A DNA stretch of 64,000 bases from Octopus sinensis. Taxonomy: Eukaryota. Location: positions 124,001-188,000 of the forward strand of contig NW_021833018.1 in the NCBI RefSeq assembly GCF_006345805.1, read 5' to 3'. Below the pieces are notes generated by a model. The model was not told where the DNA came from, did not search any database, and saw nothing but the letters and a program-made list of their open reading frames with translations. The translations under genes were made by a program, and so were the position numbers. Positions 51,147 through 64,000 of this stretch are shown in pieces; position 1 is the stretch's first letter; each line of letters begins with the position of its first letter.

Positions 51147-54100
51147 ACGAAGAATTTTATTGTAAGAAAGAAGAGCGAGACAGAAAATTAGTGCGGAAAG
51201 TAATTTTGACGAGACGATTGCTTTGGGCATTCGAGCTCTTCCATGGTTCGTCCGCTTTGTCTGTCTATGAGCAGGGACACCTGCTATTCTCCACGATCGA
51301 TGAATAGGTCAGTTACTTTAGAGCGTTTCCGAAAAGTTCGGATAGAAGCCTCGATGGCCTGCCGTAGCTCTGGAGACTTGCTCTCCGCCCAGCTTGGGAC
51401 AGGCTCCCATGGATTTAGCATATAGGCTAGTTTTAGAGCGTATCTCCGTATTTTTTCGCATTTTCGCAGAATTTTCTCATATTGTTTCGAGTAGAACCAA
51501 GCTTCCATACCATACAGTAGGCTGGGCAAGATTGTTGCATGGTATACAAATAGGAAGGTATTTGGATTCAAGTGCATGCTTCTTAGGAGTCGGAGAGCGG
51601 CGATGGCTTTCCCTTTTCTCCGTTTGAAATGCAAATGGTATCTCGAGTTTGCGTCGATTGTGAGCCCCAGGTAACGTATGCTCTCAGGGCGAGCAATTTC
51701 CACCAAAGAGCCGGGTTTGCGATCTTGCGACTTTCTTGGGTTAATTTGGAGATATGCAGATTTGTCCATGGCCAGCGAGAGTCGCTTACCAATGCACCAA
51801 TTCTTTATCTCCTCAATGTAGCCGGCAAGTCGTTTCTCCGAGGCATTGTGTTCATCGAGGTGTCCAGAACGAGAACATCGTCCGCGTAGAGGAGTAGGGA
51901 TGTCCTGGGATCGGAGGGTGTGGGGAAACTGCTCATTACCAAATTGAAAAAGATTGGGCTGAGACAGGACCCCTGCGGAACCCCCCTTCGGAGCGAAATA
52001 TATCTTGAGAAGAAGCCCGACTCAGAGATAAAAGAGTAGCGATTTGAGAGGAAGCAGCGCATCCAGAGGAAGACTTCCGCTGTTGGCTCACAGAGTTCGA
52101 TCCTTTCCAGGAGGTCTCTGTGCCAGACGCTGTCAAAAGCCTTTGAGATGTCCAGACATACAAGAGATAAAGTTTCTTTAAACTCCGTTGCTCTCGAGAT
52201 GGTGGACTGTACCGTAATGAAACAGTCACCGCAGCTACGTCCAGAGCGAAAACCCCATTGCTGCGGGAGCAGCACTTTCTTCTCTTCGGCGTGGAAGTCG
52301 AGGCGCTTGGCCATAATTTTCTCTCATCAGCCTTGAGATAGTTGGGATTAGGCTTATGGGACGGTAGCTGCTAGCGAGATTCACCGGTTTCGCAGGCTTT
52401 TTGATCATCCGGACCTCTGAGATTTTCCATTTTTCCGGCACATGGCCCCATTTGAGACTTGCCGTAAACAGATCCGCGAGGAACACATGTAGGTCTTCGG
52501 GTGCTTCCTTAAACAATCGCATCGGTATTTTGTCATGGCCCGGTGCGTTGCCTTTTGACGAACGGATGGCCCAGGTCACCTCTGCAATGGTGATCGGGTG
52601 ATGGTCCGGCGACAGTGGGCGCGGCAGTGGCTCCGACTCCCGGTTTTGCGACGTTTCCGGATTGGCCTCCTGGATAGTGGCCAGGTGTTCTGCAAATATG
52701 TTTGGCATCTCTTGTGGCGAGGCGGGCATACCAGACTGGTTGCACAACCTCGGGGGTGAGGATTTTCCTTCGAGGTTAGCCACTTTGTGGAAACAGTCCC
52801 AGAAATTTGGGTTTCTGTAGTCCAGGTTTTGACAAGCCTTCTGCCATTTCCTGGCTGCTTCCAGCTTTGTCGCGACGTGGACCTTATAACCAATTTCCGA
52901 GATCATGTTCCTAAGTCTTCCCCTGTCAGCTGGGTCCACACAGCGTTTGAGTTTATTTCTCAGCCGCTTCCTTTCGTTGAGGATGATCTTCACTTTCACG
53001 CTCAGAGTGGTCCTCCGTGCGCGGTCTGCACTTGACAATTCTCCGTACGACGTTAGATACTGAAGCATGAATTTGCTTAGCTTATCGCTTGCGGAGTCGA
53101 TGTCGAGGGCTGAGTTATACCCAACAGGGCGACCGTTGTCGTGCAGGAATGCACTTATGGAGCTCCTGTAGTGTGGCCAGTTGATCTTTGAGAGATTGTA
53201 GTGAGAGGAAATGTGTTCTTGTCTAACAATGCTAGTGTGAATTTTGATCTCCATTGGTAGGTGGTCACTTCCGATATCGTCAAGGACTGTAGGCTTTTCC
53301 ATAAGGTTAGCGACAGAGTGAGAACAGATGCACAGGCACAGGTTGTCCCCGCCAAAGGGCGAGTGGTGGTTCGGGTCTTCGGATGTCCTGACGAAAACAC
53401 CAAGCTTGTCAGTGACCTTCTTCAGTGTTCGACCATCTTGGTTGGTTAACCGACATCCAAACGCCGTGTGCTTCGAGTTTAAGTCTCCGATAAGAAGGCA
53501 ATGAGCTGTGCTTGAGAAGAATTCGTCAATCAATCTGATGCAGGGGGGGAGATATTTGCAATATATTCCACCGACCTTTATCCAGAAGGAATCAGTTTTC
53601 ACCTCAAGAGAGAGGAATTCGCACACCGTGCTCTCGATGATGGTGAGGTTACGGATTTGGAGGTTTTCGGCGTAGAAGATGCTCGAGCCAGTCCCTGGCG
53701 TAGAGCAGCTTCCCCATTTTAGGTCCACTGACCGGTAGCCCGGAAGTTCGTACGAGTGGTTTTCTTTGAGCTTAGACTCGTTGGACGACAATAATGTCTG
53801 GATGGCCGCTGTTTACCATCTCAACGAAGTCCTGGTGCCGTCTCTTGATAGATCGGGCATTCACAGCGATGATTTTGACTGGGGCTATGTTGCTGGCGTG
53901 CTCCCCTCTAATAGGAGCCGTTGCAGCACCTCAGGTTCCACACCAAGTTTGGTTAGAGCTCCCACACAACGATGAAAGAATTCCATAAGGGAGTCTCTGT
54001 TGTGCAGGTCTTCGTCCGAGAGGGCACCTCTTTGCGATGAGATATTGTCTGGAGGGGTGTTTGTCTTCTTGCGAACAGCAGCCGTGCGGCCAGCTCTGGT

Positions 54101-55673
54101 ACTGGAACAAGTGTCAGCCGTCGGCTTCGGGTCGAGTTTAAAATCAAAGTCGGAGTCCGCCGATGTCTGAATGCAGACATCAGTCTTGATCGGATTCACA
54201 ACTGGCCTCTTTGTCCAGATCGACTCTGTGCGTTCGGCTTTCACCCAGCGAGCTGGGTTGCTGGCCGGCGGATTTCTCACAGCCCGTAAGGCTGCAGACG
54301 CGGCTTTGGCGAATGGGCATCCACCGTAACATGCCCAGTGTCCAGGACTGTTGCAGTTTATGCAGGTCTTGACAGCGGGTCATTTGGTCTGGGGTCTGAG
54401 TTCGGACACCTATTGTGTCGGTGTTCGCCACCACAGACCAAGCAACGAACTTTTTCGGTGCACTTATGGGACGTGTGTCCAAATTGGTGACACCGAAAGC
54501 ATCTGACTGCCGGGGGCTTGTGCCATTCACATCGGATATGGCTGAAGCCCGCAGTTATTCCAAAGCGGATGAGGGAGTTGGCCTCTGCTCTGGAATCCAG
54601 GGTGAGTCTGCCGACAGGCATGTCTGTTCCATTGCGAGAGAATCTTTCGAACTTGAAGTCCGATTCTAGACTTTCTCTCAAGTGGAGGTTAAGATCCTCT
54701 GTCGAGATCCAATGAGGGATTCCTTTAAGGATCAAGACTGAGGCCTTCTCAGCTATTGAGGCAAGTTTATGGCCGCCTTCGCCAAACATATTCGATTGAG
54801 TCAGCTCTGCTTTGAACGCAGCAGCATCCTCGGGCGATCTGAATTTTAGAATGAAGGTGCCGGACTTCTGCAAAGTTATCCGAGCTTTGGAGGCAGTTAG
54901 CGACTTGGATAAGAGGTTAAACCTCTTGATCAGTGATTCTCAAGCTTTTTTGCTCAGGGGCCGCAAATTAAAAAAAAAAATTTACAGGGGCCGCAAATAA
55001 TTTTTAAGAATTATTTATTAACCAAATAATCAAAATTAGGTTTAATTCTACTTGTTGAAGTACGTAACAAATCACTCAGATGAGTATCAGTCAATCTGCT
55101 GCGAAACTTTGTTTTAATTCGAACGAGTTTACTAAATGTCGATTCGCAGACATATGTTGATCCAAACATTGCTAAATTTTTCTTTGCATTATTGACTAAA
55201 TTCGGAAATCGGTTCTCTGGAATTCTCGAATAAAAGTCAATTATTGAAATGTTGTTGAACAAACTTTTCAGTTCAACATCATTTTGCAAATCAATCAATT
55301 CCAGTTGGTAAATCCCGGAAACCTCCTCACTTTTCATAATTTTTCTTCCCAGATGTGTTGAAAAATCCTATTTTCCTCGGAAAGTTTTCGACAACGTTTA
55401 GAATCAGACATCACAACAACAAATAAAAAACGTGACATTTTTTTATTCATAAAATTTAAAAATATTAAATTAAAAAATAAAACATTTATAAAACCTAGGG
55501 GCCGCAAATTAAATCCTAGGGGCCGCACTTGAGAATCACTGCTCTTGATCTTTCCAAGCGTCGGGTTTTCAATACTCAAGGAATATGTGAGGGTCTCATG
55601 GGATTGGGTCTCACTCTGTTTTTGGGGCCCAGTAGGCTTCGGCAGTTCTGTGGGATCCTCAGCTTTGATTGTA
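51147..55673 (-). mobile_element. Near full-length LINE (Jockey/I-like): gag ORF1 and frameshifted APE-RT ORF2
   Basis: Three CCHC-type knuckles (CFRCHQFGHTSHKC), GDLNSKH, GSDHLP, YRPISL, LDISKAFDSV, GVPQGS, YADD; 3' AATAAA then TTCGTTCG; flanks share AAAACGA. Confidence 0.92.
54931..55541 (-). mobile_element. Internally deleted Buster-type hAT inserted in LINE ORF1
   Basis: TIR CAGTGATTCTCAA; perfect TSD CTCTTGAT; AMFGSTYVCESTFS..RSRLTD. Confidence 0.92.
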
Positions 55674-57039
55674 AAAACGATTCCCGAACTAAAAATAATA
55701 TTTTAATTTATGAATTGCTATTTTTTTCAAATAAGAAAAATTCAAAATGCTTTAAATTAGAAAAATACGCAGAAAATGTATTTTTATTCGAAAATTTTGT
55801 CTATTTGAATGTTCGGTCATGAATGTTTCTCTGCTAATTAGGTTTTGAATTTTTTTATTAACAAAACAATCAATTATGTTATTTAAATTTTTTTAATTCT
55901 TTTCATGAGTGTCTTCTTAGTAGTTCCATCATCCATTTGAACTCTGACCATATTATGCGGCAGGATTTCAGTTATTGTACAAACTTCTCCGTATGGACTT
56001 TCAAATTTTTTGAGTGCAAGTGAAGGATTGGTACCATAATCCTTTTGAATCCTTATCTACAATTTAGAATAATTTGAGTTTACCTTATCTCCAATTTTAA
56101 ATGAATATTTTGACCGATGAACACCCATTCTCCTGTTCATTTTTTGGAAATATGGAGATGTCACATCGGTGGGCGGAAAGTTGAAAGAAAATTCTATGTT
56201 TTTCGAATCTATTCTATATATTGCGAATTTTAACTAACCATCTGAATTGTCACTCTTCATCTCAGTGTCTTTTTCAGGAATGAAGTTGTTCGATCCTCTA
56301 ATCCCACGATATCTATGAAATGGGGAATCTCCTAAAAATGAATAATTTTAAGAAAACCAGTAGAAGAATGTTTACTTAAATTATAAAAATAAACAGCTTC
56401 ATCTATATACTTCGTCCAACACTTATCTTCATCATTAGCCATCATTTTAGATAGCGACCTTGTAACCGTTTGGTTAAAACGCTCGATGATCCCTTGACTT
56501 CTGGGATTGTTTGGCCTACTGTGTATCTGTTGAATGTTGAAAGATTCACACAAGGCAGTCACATGTGGATTTTTGAATTCAGTTCCATTATCCGATTGCA
56601 AATATTGACACGGTCCAAAACGTAGAAAAATTTTTTTGAGATTTTCAGCAACGTCAATTCCGCTTTTATGTTTTAGGTTTCGAGTGAATGCGAACTTCGA
56701 GTAGACGTCAATAACCGTTAAAAGCCATGCTATAGTTTCATTTGTTTGTTTAAATCTTTATTATATAATACAAAAAATTGATACCTCTTCAGATCAATTA
56801 AGTCCATCTGGAATTTTTCATTGGGACGATTGGCAATCACATGATTTTCTTCATCCCCTAGTTTCAAGGGAGTTGAAAATTTGCAAATTTCACAATCGGC
56901 AACAATTTTTCGGATTATTTGTCGTTTTACAGTGAAATATCTTTCATGGCACATGTTCTCAAGAGTGTTATGTCCACAATGCGAAACGAGATGAATTTGG
57001 CTAGCCACCAATTTCATCTCGTCAACGTTGTCCGTCGAA

Positions 57040-57700
57040 ATCACTAATTCGAGGATTTTTGATAGGACAAATACAAGTGAGATTGAACGAGGCGGCGTCG
57101 TAAGGATTCTTGTTGAGCTTTAAAATTGGAATGATAATCGATTTTTTCAGACCATAGGTATTATACCAGAGTTTTGCGATGTTTTGAAAATATCCGTCAG
57201 TGCATTCAACCCATTTTGGCCAAAATTTTTCAGATGGTATGTGCAAAGACCGCCGGATCCACAAGTGTGAGAATTCTTAGCGTTTTTAATAAGTTGACTT
57301 ATTTCCGAAATTGATACTGTGATTTCTGGAGAGAGGAAGTTTTTGTCAAGTTTGAGTTTTCGGCAACGGTTGTCGTTATCCATCCTCATGTGACTGATCT
57401 TCGCATAGTGGTTCATGAGAGTATTTGCGTGCTCTCTGAACGATTTCGTTTGCCTTTTTTAGTTAAGGCCAAAGGCGTGTGAAGTTGTGTCGGCTGATTG
57501 TGATGTATGGATTCTTTTCAGAGCTTTCCAGAAATGCGAGAGCTTAGTTCTGTGGTCGAGAGAGGAGATAAATTCTACCATTTATTCCTCTTAAGCTTTG
57601 CGGTCATCTGATTGATTTTCTCGTCTTTTTTGACGAGTTCTACTATTTCTCTGTTGAAAGAATTAGATAGCGGAGTCAATGTGGGTCACCTTCATGTGGT
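57040..57700 (-). mobile_element. LINE remnant (pre-RT region)
   Basis: LDHRTKLSHFWKALK, EISQLIKNAKNS..HLKNFG, IIPILKLNK. Confidence 0.6.
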
Positions 57701-58059
57701 GTTGTTTGGATGCTGTTCTAACACCAACTAAAGATTTTCAACAATCTCCCCATATGATCGTTTCCGAAGTTCCCGTGCTTTTCGGAAAAATAAAAAAATT
57801 CAATTCAATAACTTTTAAAATTATTATTTTCAATTTTTAAAAATAACAGTTTTTATTAATAGCTCTGTCTCCGATTTGCAGAAAATGAAAAGAGCCTTTG
57901 GGGATTTACATAACGGCCGGTGTTCAGAGTATAAAAAGGTTAAATTTATATTAAAAAGACTTTAAAAAAAATTGAGACCGTGTAAAGCGCCCGGTATATT
58001 CAGCGGCAGGTTTTGACAAGTTCAATTGTATCAATGTGCCAATTGAAAATAAGATATGT

Positions 58060-58580
58060 TAAGTCATATTTAGCCAATTCCAACCACTGTGGATTTTATT
58101 GATAAAATTTCTCTACGAATCCCTATCTTTGACGAGCTCTTCAATTTCCAAGAAACGATGTCCGACTATTTTGACAACTTGTGATGTCTAATTTAATTTT
58201 GGTCTCCGCCTTCAAGTAAACGCAGATAGCAAAATTTTCTTTTCTATGCAATCACCTCGAAGTACGTGTCCCAAGCATGATAATTGTTGTTTTTATATTT
58301 TCGCCACAAACGACAATGATGGTTTAATTTTTCCAAGAATTTTTTCATTTGATATTTTTTCGTACCAATTTATTTTCAAAAGATTACGCCAGCACCACAA
58401 TTCTAATAAATCCACTTGTCTGTTGTCAGCTATAAACAATGTCCAGGTTTCACAATTATAGAAAAAGACTGGAAACACAATCGCGTTAACAAATCTTATC
58501 TTTGTCTTGAGACGGATATCCTTGCTACTTTAAATCCGGTTCAGTTTTATCATCGTACTTCTGCAGATAGCAATGAGTAG
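58060..58580 (-). mobile_element. RTE-clade LINE 3' remnant
   Basis: KIRFVNAIVFPVFFYNCETWT..ELWCWRNLLKINW..ISNE..LGHVLRG. Confidence 0.75.
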
Positions 58581-58928
58581 AATGTGTTGAAAGCAATTTC
58601 TTTCTGTGTAGTTTGATAACTAGAGATGATAGTTTAGATCAAAAATAGCTAATAATTGTCGTAAGTTATAATGTCTAGGCCCGTTCTAAGTGTCCGGAGT
58701 GATAAATCGGATTTATCACTCCAAATCATCTAAATTCTTTGTTTAAGATCTGAAATTCTTAATGATTACTTTTGTTAATTCAATAATTTTTTAAATTATT
58801 AAAATTTGAAAAAAGTAACTCAGTTAACAAGAACGCGGAAATTAAACAAAGAAATTTTCATCAATCAAGTGATTGAGCGTCATAGTAACGAACATAAAAA
58901 TGTAAGATTACTCTATGCGTATTTTTTT

Positions 58929-61300
58929 GAACGAACGAACAGATTTTATTGACTTAGCAACCGAAAGAGAAGAGTTATATGAAAAGGTTTTATTAAAATC
59001 GAGACACCGAAAGCCTCCTCCTTGCTTTCCTTTTCACTTCTCATGCCCTTTGCAATGAGCAGAGGACTTGCCGAATGTTTTGAGTTTGTTCGTCTAGCTC
59101 TCTGGGGAGATTCTGATCAAGCCGTAGCTTATACGCCAGTTTAATCGCAAAGCGCCTTGTTTTCTCCAGTTTGGTGATTATGCGATTTCTCTCGTCTGTA
59201 GGGTACCAACCTTCATGTCCATAGATAAGGACTGGTTCTACAGTCGCCTTATAGATGAAGAGAAAGGTGTCTGGGGAGAGATGGAAGCGTATAAGGCTTC
59301 TTAGGATCCCGGAACATTTCCTTCTTCTAGATTCCACGAACTTAAGAAACGATCCGTCAGCCCCGATCGTTACCCCAAGGTAGCGTAGGTCGTCAGAGAT
59401 TCTTAGTCCCATTGTCTCCAGAAGTGGTTCTTTTCCTTTTCGAGTTTTAGAAACCCACGTGATGGTGGACTTGTCTCGTGCTAAGGAGAGGGCTTTCTCC
59501 ATAGCCCAAGACTCAACCCTCGCTATATATTCCCTCAGCCTTTTCCAAGAGAGGTCCTTGGATCGCGACAGATCCGTAACCAATATGTCGTCCGCATAGA
59601 TAATTAGTAGACTCTCCGGATTTACTCGTTTCGGGATGTCGGCAACGTATAAGTTGAAAAGTAGAGGGCTCAGGACCGACCCTTGAGGCACTCCCCTCCT
59701 TAGATTGATTGTATCCGAGGTCCGGTTACCACATCTGATAAAAGACTTTCGCATGTGTAAGAAATTCTCTAGCCATTTGACAGTCCTTTGCCCCGGATGG
59801 ATACTGATGATCCTTTCCAGGAGGCCTAGGTGCCAAACGCTGTCGAACGCCTTTGAAATGTCCAGACAAACAGCTGTCATCCCCATCTTGTGTGTAAGGG
59901 CCCTCGAGATTTGCGTTTCCAGTTGGGCAAAGCAGTTTCCACATGACTTCCCACGTCGGAAACCCCATTGTTCTTTAGCCAGGTAACCTGACTCCTCCAC
60001 GAGAATAGATAATCTGTTAAAGATTATACGTTCCATGATTCTTGATATGGAGCAGATGAGACTTATGGGTCGGAAATTTTCTGCACGGTCTTTAGGTTTC
60101 CCTGCCTTTGGAATCATTCGTACCACGGTTTTCTTCCATGCATTCGGGACGTATCCAGTCTCCCAACTGGCATTGAAAAGTATCGTTATTATCTTGACTA
60201 GGCTTATCGGGGCCTCTTTGAAGGCTCGGATGGGTATGTAATCAAAACCCGGTGCGTTGTCCTTGCATCTTTTAATTGCTAGTAGGGTTTCATCCAGGGT
60301 GACAAAGTCGACCAGGGGACATTTTCGCAGAGGCTATTGCCCTCTTTTTATCGTCCATTATATCTGTCGGGACAAAACAGCTCGGGTCGACATCTTGAAT
60401 TTTCGCCAGTTGTTGACGTAAAGCGTCAGGTACATCGTCTCGGTTGATGGCATAGCCATTTTCTGTGGTTAAATTGATTTCATCTCCTTTGCATTCCGTT
60501 TCCTTTAGGCGATTATATGCCTTCCAGAAACTTGGGTGTCTTCGATTAAGCTTAGAACATTCCAATCTCCAAGCTGAGTCAATGTTTTCTTTAGACCTTT
60601 TGTCGATCCTCTTTTTAAGAGAGGAAATCATTGCTCGTAGGCGTGTGCAGTCTGTTGGGTCAAAACATCTGCGTAGCCTCTTCTGGTATCTTGCTTTTTC
60701 TTTCAGGAGACTCACTACTGTGTCGTCGAGTTCATGAGTCCCTCCACCAGAGTGTTTAATGAACTTTTTCCTGGAGAACTTCTCCAAAGAAGTGTTGATA
60801 AGATTCCTAACGAGCTGGTCCAGACTTTCAATTTGTTTTGTCGTGTGAACTGCTGCCCGATGTATGAGTGACTCTAGCGAGGTTGTCAGGAATAGGGACA
60901 CAAGGGGCCAATTCGTTTGATTGGTATTGTATCCAATAAATACTTCATCTTGCAGAACTGAGCTTGCACGTAACACCATTGTTTGAGGAAGGTGATCGCT
61001 TCCGATATCAATTTCAATGCGTGGGCGGTCACAGAGGGGAGCTAAGCAGTCCGCCACGAGAAACACACCGAGTCGATCTTCTCCGTAACATGAGAAGTGG
61101 TTCGTTTCGTCAGAGGACCAGACCTCAAAACCGTGTCTCGCCGATAAGGTATGAAGTAACCGTCCTTCACTGTTTGTTGATACGCATCCATATAGCGAGT
61201 TCTTTGCGTTTAGGTCTCCGACTAGAATCGAGGCCGGTTGGCACAGTGCTGCCAATGGTATTGTGTACCGGCTAAAAATGTCGAATAGTGCCACTCCTTG
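58929..61300 (-). mobile_element. 5'-truncated LINE (partial APE plus RT)
   Basis: GDLNAK, GSDHLP, FRPISL, LDISKAFDSV, GVPQGSVLSPLLF, YADD; AATAAA plus (TTCG)n tail; candidate TSD GCGTATTTTTTT. Confidence 0.9.
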
Positions 61301-61642
61301 GTATTGTGAGACCGATTCAAAAAAATGGGCGCGTATTTTTTTGGTATTGTGAGACCGATTCAAAAAAATGGGCGCGTATTTTTTTTCACAATTAACCTCA
61401 ATTAATTCAATTCAAATCCTTTAGTTTTATAACTATTTGTTGATTGCTAAAAAGACTATAAAATATAGATATTGACTAAATCGAAAACCGAAACTAAACA
61501 TAAAAATAGATAATAAAATTTACAAACATTGTCCCAAATAGTCTCGTATAATATAAATTCAGTTTTCAACAGAGTCTGTATTCAACCGCTACATATGATT
61601 CTGTGCAAACTCTTCCGGTCCTTATTTATGTGACGAAAAGGG

Positions 61643-62429
61643 GGTACTTTTGTAGTAGTCTACAGCCACTTTTTAGCGAGTTTCAAAATAATACTATTTT
61701 TTCCAGTGATAATATATGTGTTTTATAATTAATTACAATAAAATAAAATAATAATCCCACGTGTTATAAATTTAAATGAGACGTGAACTCAACTTGTTCA
61801 ATTTACCAAAAGACACCACCGTTATGGTATTGTCACAAAAGATAGTGCAGAACTAGTTCTGGATTGAAAGCCGGTATAAAATACGTTGTAAAAATGTACA
61901 GGAACTTGGCTAGAGGGAGCCAGAGTACCTTTGGAGGATATCATAAGATTTATTTTCTTGTGGGCCAATAACATATCATCGGTCAAAGGAAAGGATATTC
62001 TTCGGAATTCCTTGAAAGTGCAGGATATCATCATTTAACTGTGAATCACAGATACCACTTTGTCGACTCTACTACGGGAGCACACACACAACACATAGAA
62101 TGTGGGGGAGCGCAAAATGGCACAATAAGAGACAGAGAGGGACTGTCCGCAGGCATATGAATAGCTACTTCTCAGAATTTATCTGGAGGCAAGAACACAA
62201 GAAACAGGAATTTGAGAAACTTGTCGAAGCTATATCAATATGCTGGCCACCTCAGACCAAAGTGGAGGATAAATTAGTTAAATATTTAAAAAAAATAAAT
62301 ATTTAAAAAAATTAGTAAATAATTCATTTTTTATAGTAATTAATTATAAAACACATATATTATCACTGGAAAAAATAGTATTATTTTGAAACTCGCTAAA
62401 AAGTGGCTGTAGACTACTACAAAAGTACC
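61643..62429 (+). mobile_element. Merlin (IS1016/ISXO2-like) non-autonomous transposon
   Basis: ~92-bp perfect TIR beginning GGTAC; perfect 8-bp TSD GAAAAGGG; YHHLTVNHRYHFVDSTTGAHTQHIE..WGSAK..SYFSEFIWR. Confidence 0.93.
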
Positions 62430-64000
62430 GAAAAGGGTTTAGACGAGATCACCTTCTTCCAGTATAGAAGCAACGTCTCCTATGTCGAATAAAACAAAGC
62501 AAAAGTTCACTTATATTATGAAACAATTTTTAAAGAAACATTACAAATTGATTGAATATAAAATGAAAATGTAATTTTTTAAAAGTTAATTTTTTTAATC
62601 ATTGACTTTGGAATTGTCTTCCTTTCACCAGATGTGCAATTCTCAACGAGAACGGAATGCAGAGAAACTTCTTCCACTACTAGAAATTGTTCCTTGCTAA
62701 AAAAACTAGTGAGTGGATATTTTCTTGTTTTTATATTTTTATCGAAATCAATTTTAATTGTAACATTATCTCCAATTGTGATATCTTTTTTTCGAAAATT
62801 TTTATTTGCGTCTTCTGTAACTTTTCTTTTATACTTTTCATTATGAGTTTTTACTTCTAAGGATAATTCCGTTTCTTCCGATTCTGAGTTAATCTCTTCT
62901 TCTGCGCCTCCACATGGCAAAATATTAAAACCCGTTATTCCGTAAAATAGACTGGGTAAATAAAAAGAGACTAACCAAAATGGTGACTTTCCAGTTGCGC
63001 GATGACAAGTTATGTTGTATTTATACACCACCTTCTGTAGAATTTCTCTCCACCTTATAGATTCTGTTGCGAACAAAGTCTTCCCCAACCAACGTTTGAG
63101 AGTTTGGTTATATCTTTCTATTTGTCCTTGAGATTGTGGGTGCCTTGGTCTTCCATATATCGGAGTTATTTTCCAATCATCAAAAAGTTTTGAAACTTCT
63201 TTGTTGCGGAATTCCTTTCCATTGTCCGAATGAAAATAAATTGGAGGACCGACAGTCTGGAATAAACTCTCAATTGCATTATAGATGCTTTGTGATGTTT
63301 TATTCTCTAACGCGAATGACCATGCAAACTTTGTGTATGCATCGATGACAGATGATAAATCCGATTTATCACTCCGGACATTTAGAACTGGCCCGGACGC
63401 TATAACTTACGACAATAATTAACAAACAATAGAGAAGTAAAGACACTTGGCAAACAGATTAGCTCGCAATTGCACAGAAAATTCAAACCAAAAAAAGTTA
63501 ACAATGTTGATGTCAAGGAATCTGATATAGAAGGCAAATAGCAAATTTCAACCCAAATGATCTCCACCCCTCTTTTGCATGTATAGTGCTGGAAAGTTTT
63601 TCCCTAAGAGATATAATTATAAGAGCATTTAATTTTCTTAATTTTTAAACCACGTTGGCCGTGATATAGAATTGAATGCATTTAGTTAATTAATAAATGA
63701 TGATTATTTTCAAGGACATGTGATCAAACAAATAATTCTGTCAAGTGTTCATGCTGTCAACAGTTGGAGTAACTAGTGTTAACTTGATTTTAAAACTATC
63801 ATTTTTACTATTAAATTCAAAATGTATAATACGAATTATATATTAAATGAATGACTAAAAAATTTAAACCCAAGTTCACTTCATTTCAATAAAAATATCC
63901 GACATATCAACAGGAATTTTAATCTGTTCCACGGATTCGTTCCCAAGTGATGAACTAATCATAGATTTTTGAGGAACCTAAAATTAAAAACCAAGTCAAT

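Larger units (their letters stand above)
51008..57040 (-). mobile_element. Ginger-like integrase DNA transposon with intron-containing integrase (55879-~57040); 5' end deleted
   Basis: TIR at 51008 nearly identical to 29721-29760 (rc). H..H..C..C, FQMDLID, VIDVYSKF, LQSDNGTEF, PRSQGIIERFN. Introns 56756-56784, 56332-56357, 56057-56083. Confidence 0.88.
58657..63414 (-). mobile_element. Ginger-like integrase element (second family) hosting nested insertions
   Basis: ~60-bp imperfect TIR TGTCGTAAGTTATA.. / ..TATAACTTACGACA; 5-bp TSD ATAAT; VIDAYTKFAW, HSDNGKEF, PQSQGQIERYNQ; 24-nt intron 62952-62975. Confidence 0.88.

Overview
AT-rich eukaryotic, most likely animal, DNA (nuclear receptor, BBSome and IQCK cilium genes). 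Genes are extremely compact and most introns are 23-32 nt GT-AG, which fits a reduced parasite such as a dicyemid (inference, not demonstrated). Host genes: ROR/HR3-like nuclear receptor, MFSD11/UNC-93-like transporter, RPC9/CRCP, IQCK, SRSF1-like, COX5B, BBS2, LEO1, HSBP1, a p24/TMED gene, FAM135, and an orphan 9-exon micro-exon gene for a probable GPI-anchored Cys-repeat surface protein. Much of the rest is nested transposons: RLE-type and CRE-type non-LTR retrotransposons, APE-type LINEs, an RTE remnant, Buster-type hATs, pogo/Tigger, Ginger-like integrase elements with introns, and a Merlin element. Most notable: the micro-exon surface-protein gene, a 51-nt U12 AT-AC intron in HSBP1, a ~500-aa intronless insert in BBS2, a twin-priming-style inversion in a CRE element, an in-frame RT-hAT chimeric ORF, and a candidate unproductive-splicing intron in SRSF1. 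All gene models were spliced by eye; no database searches were run.
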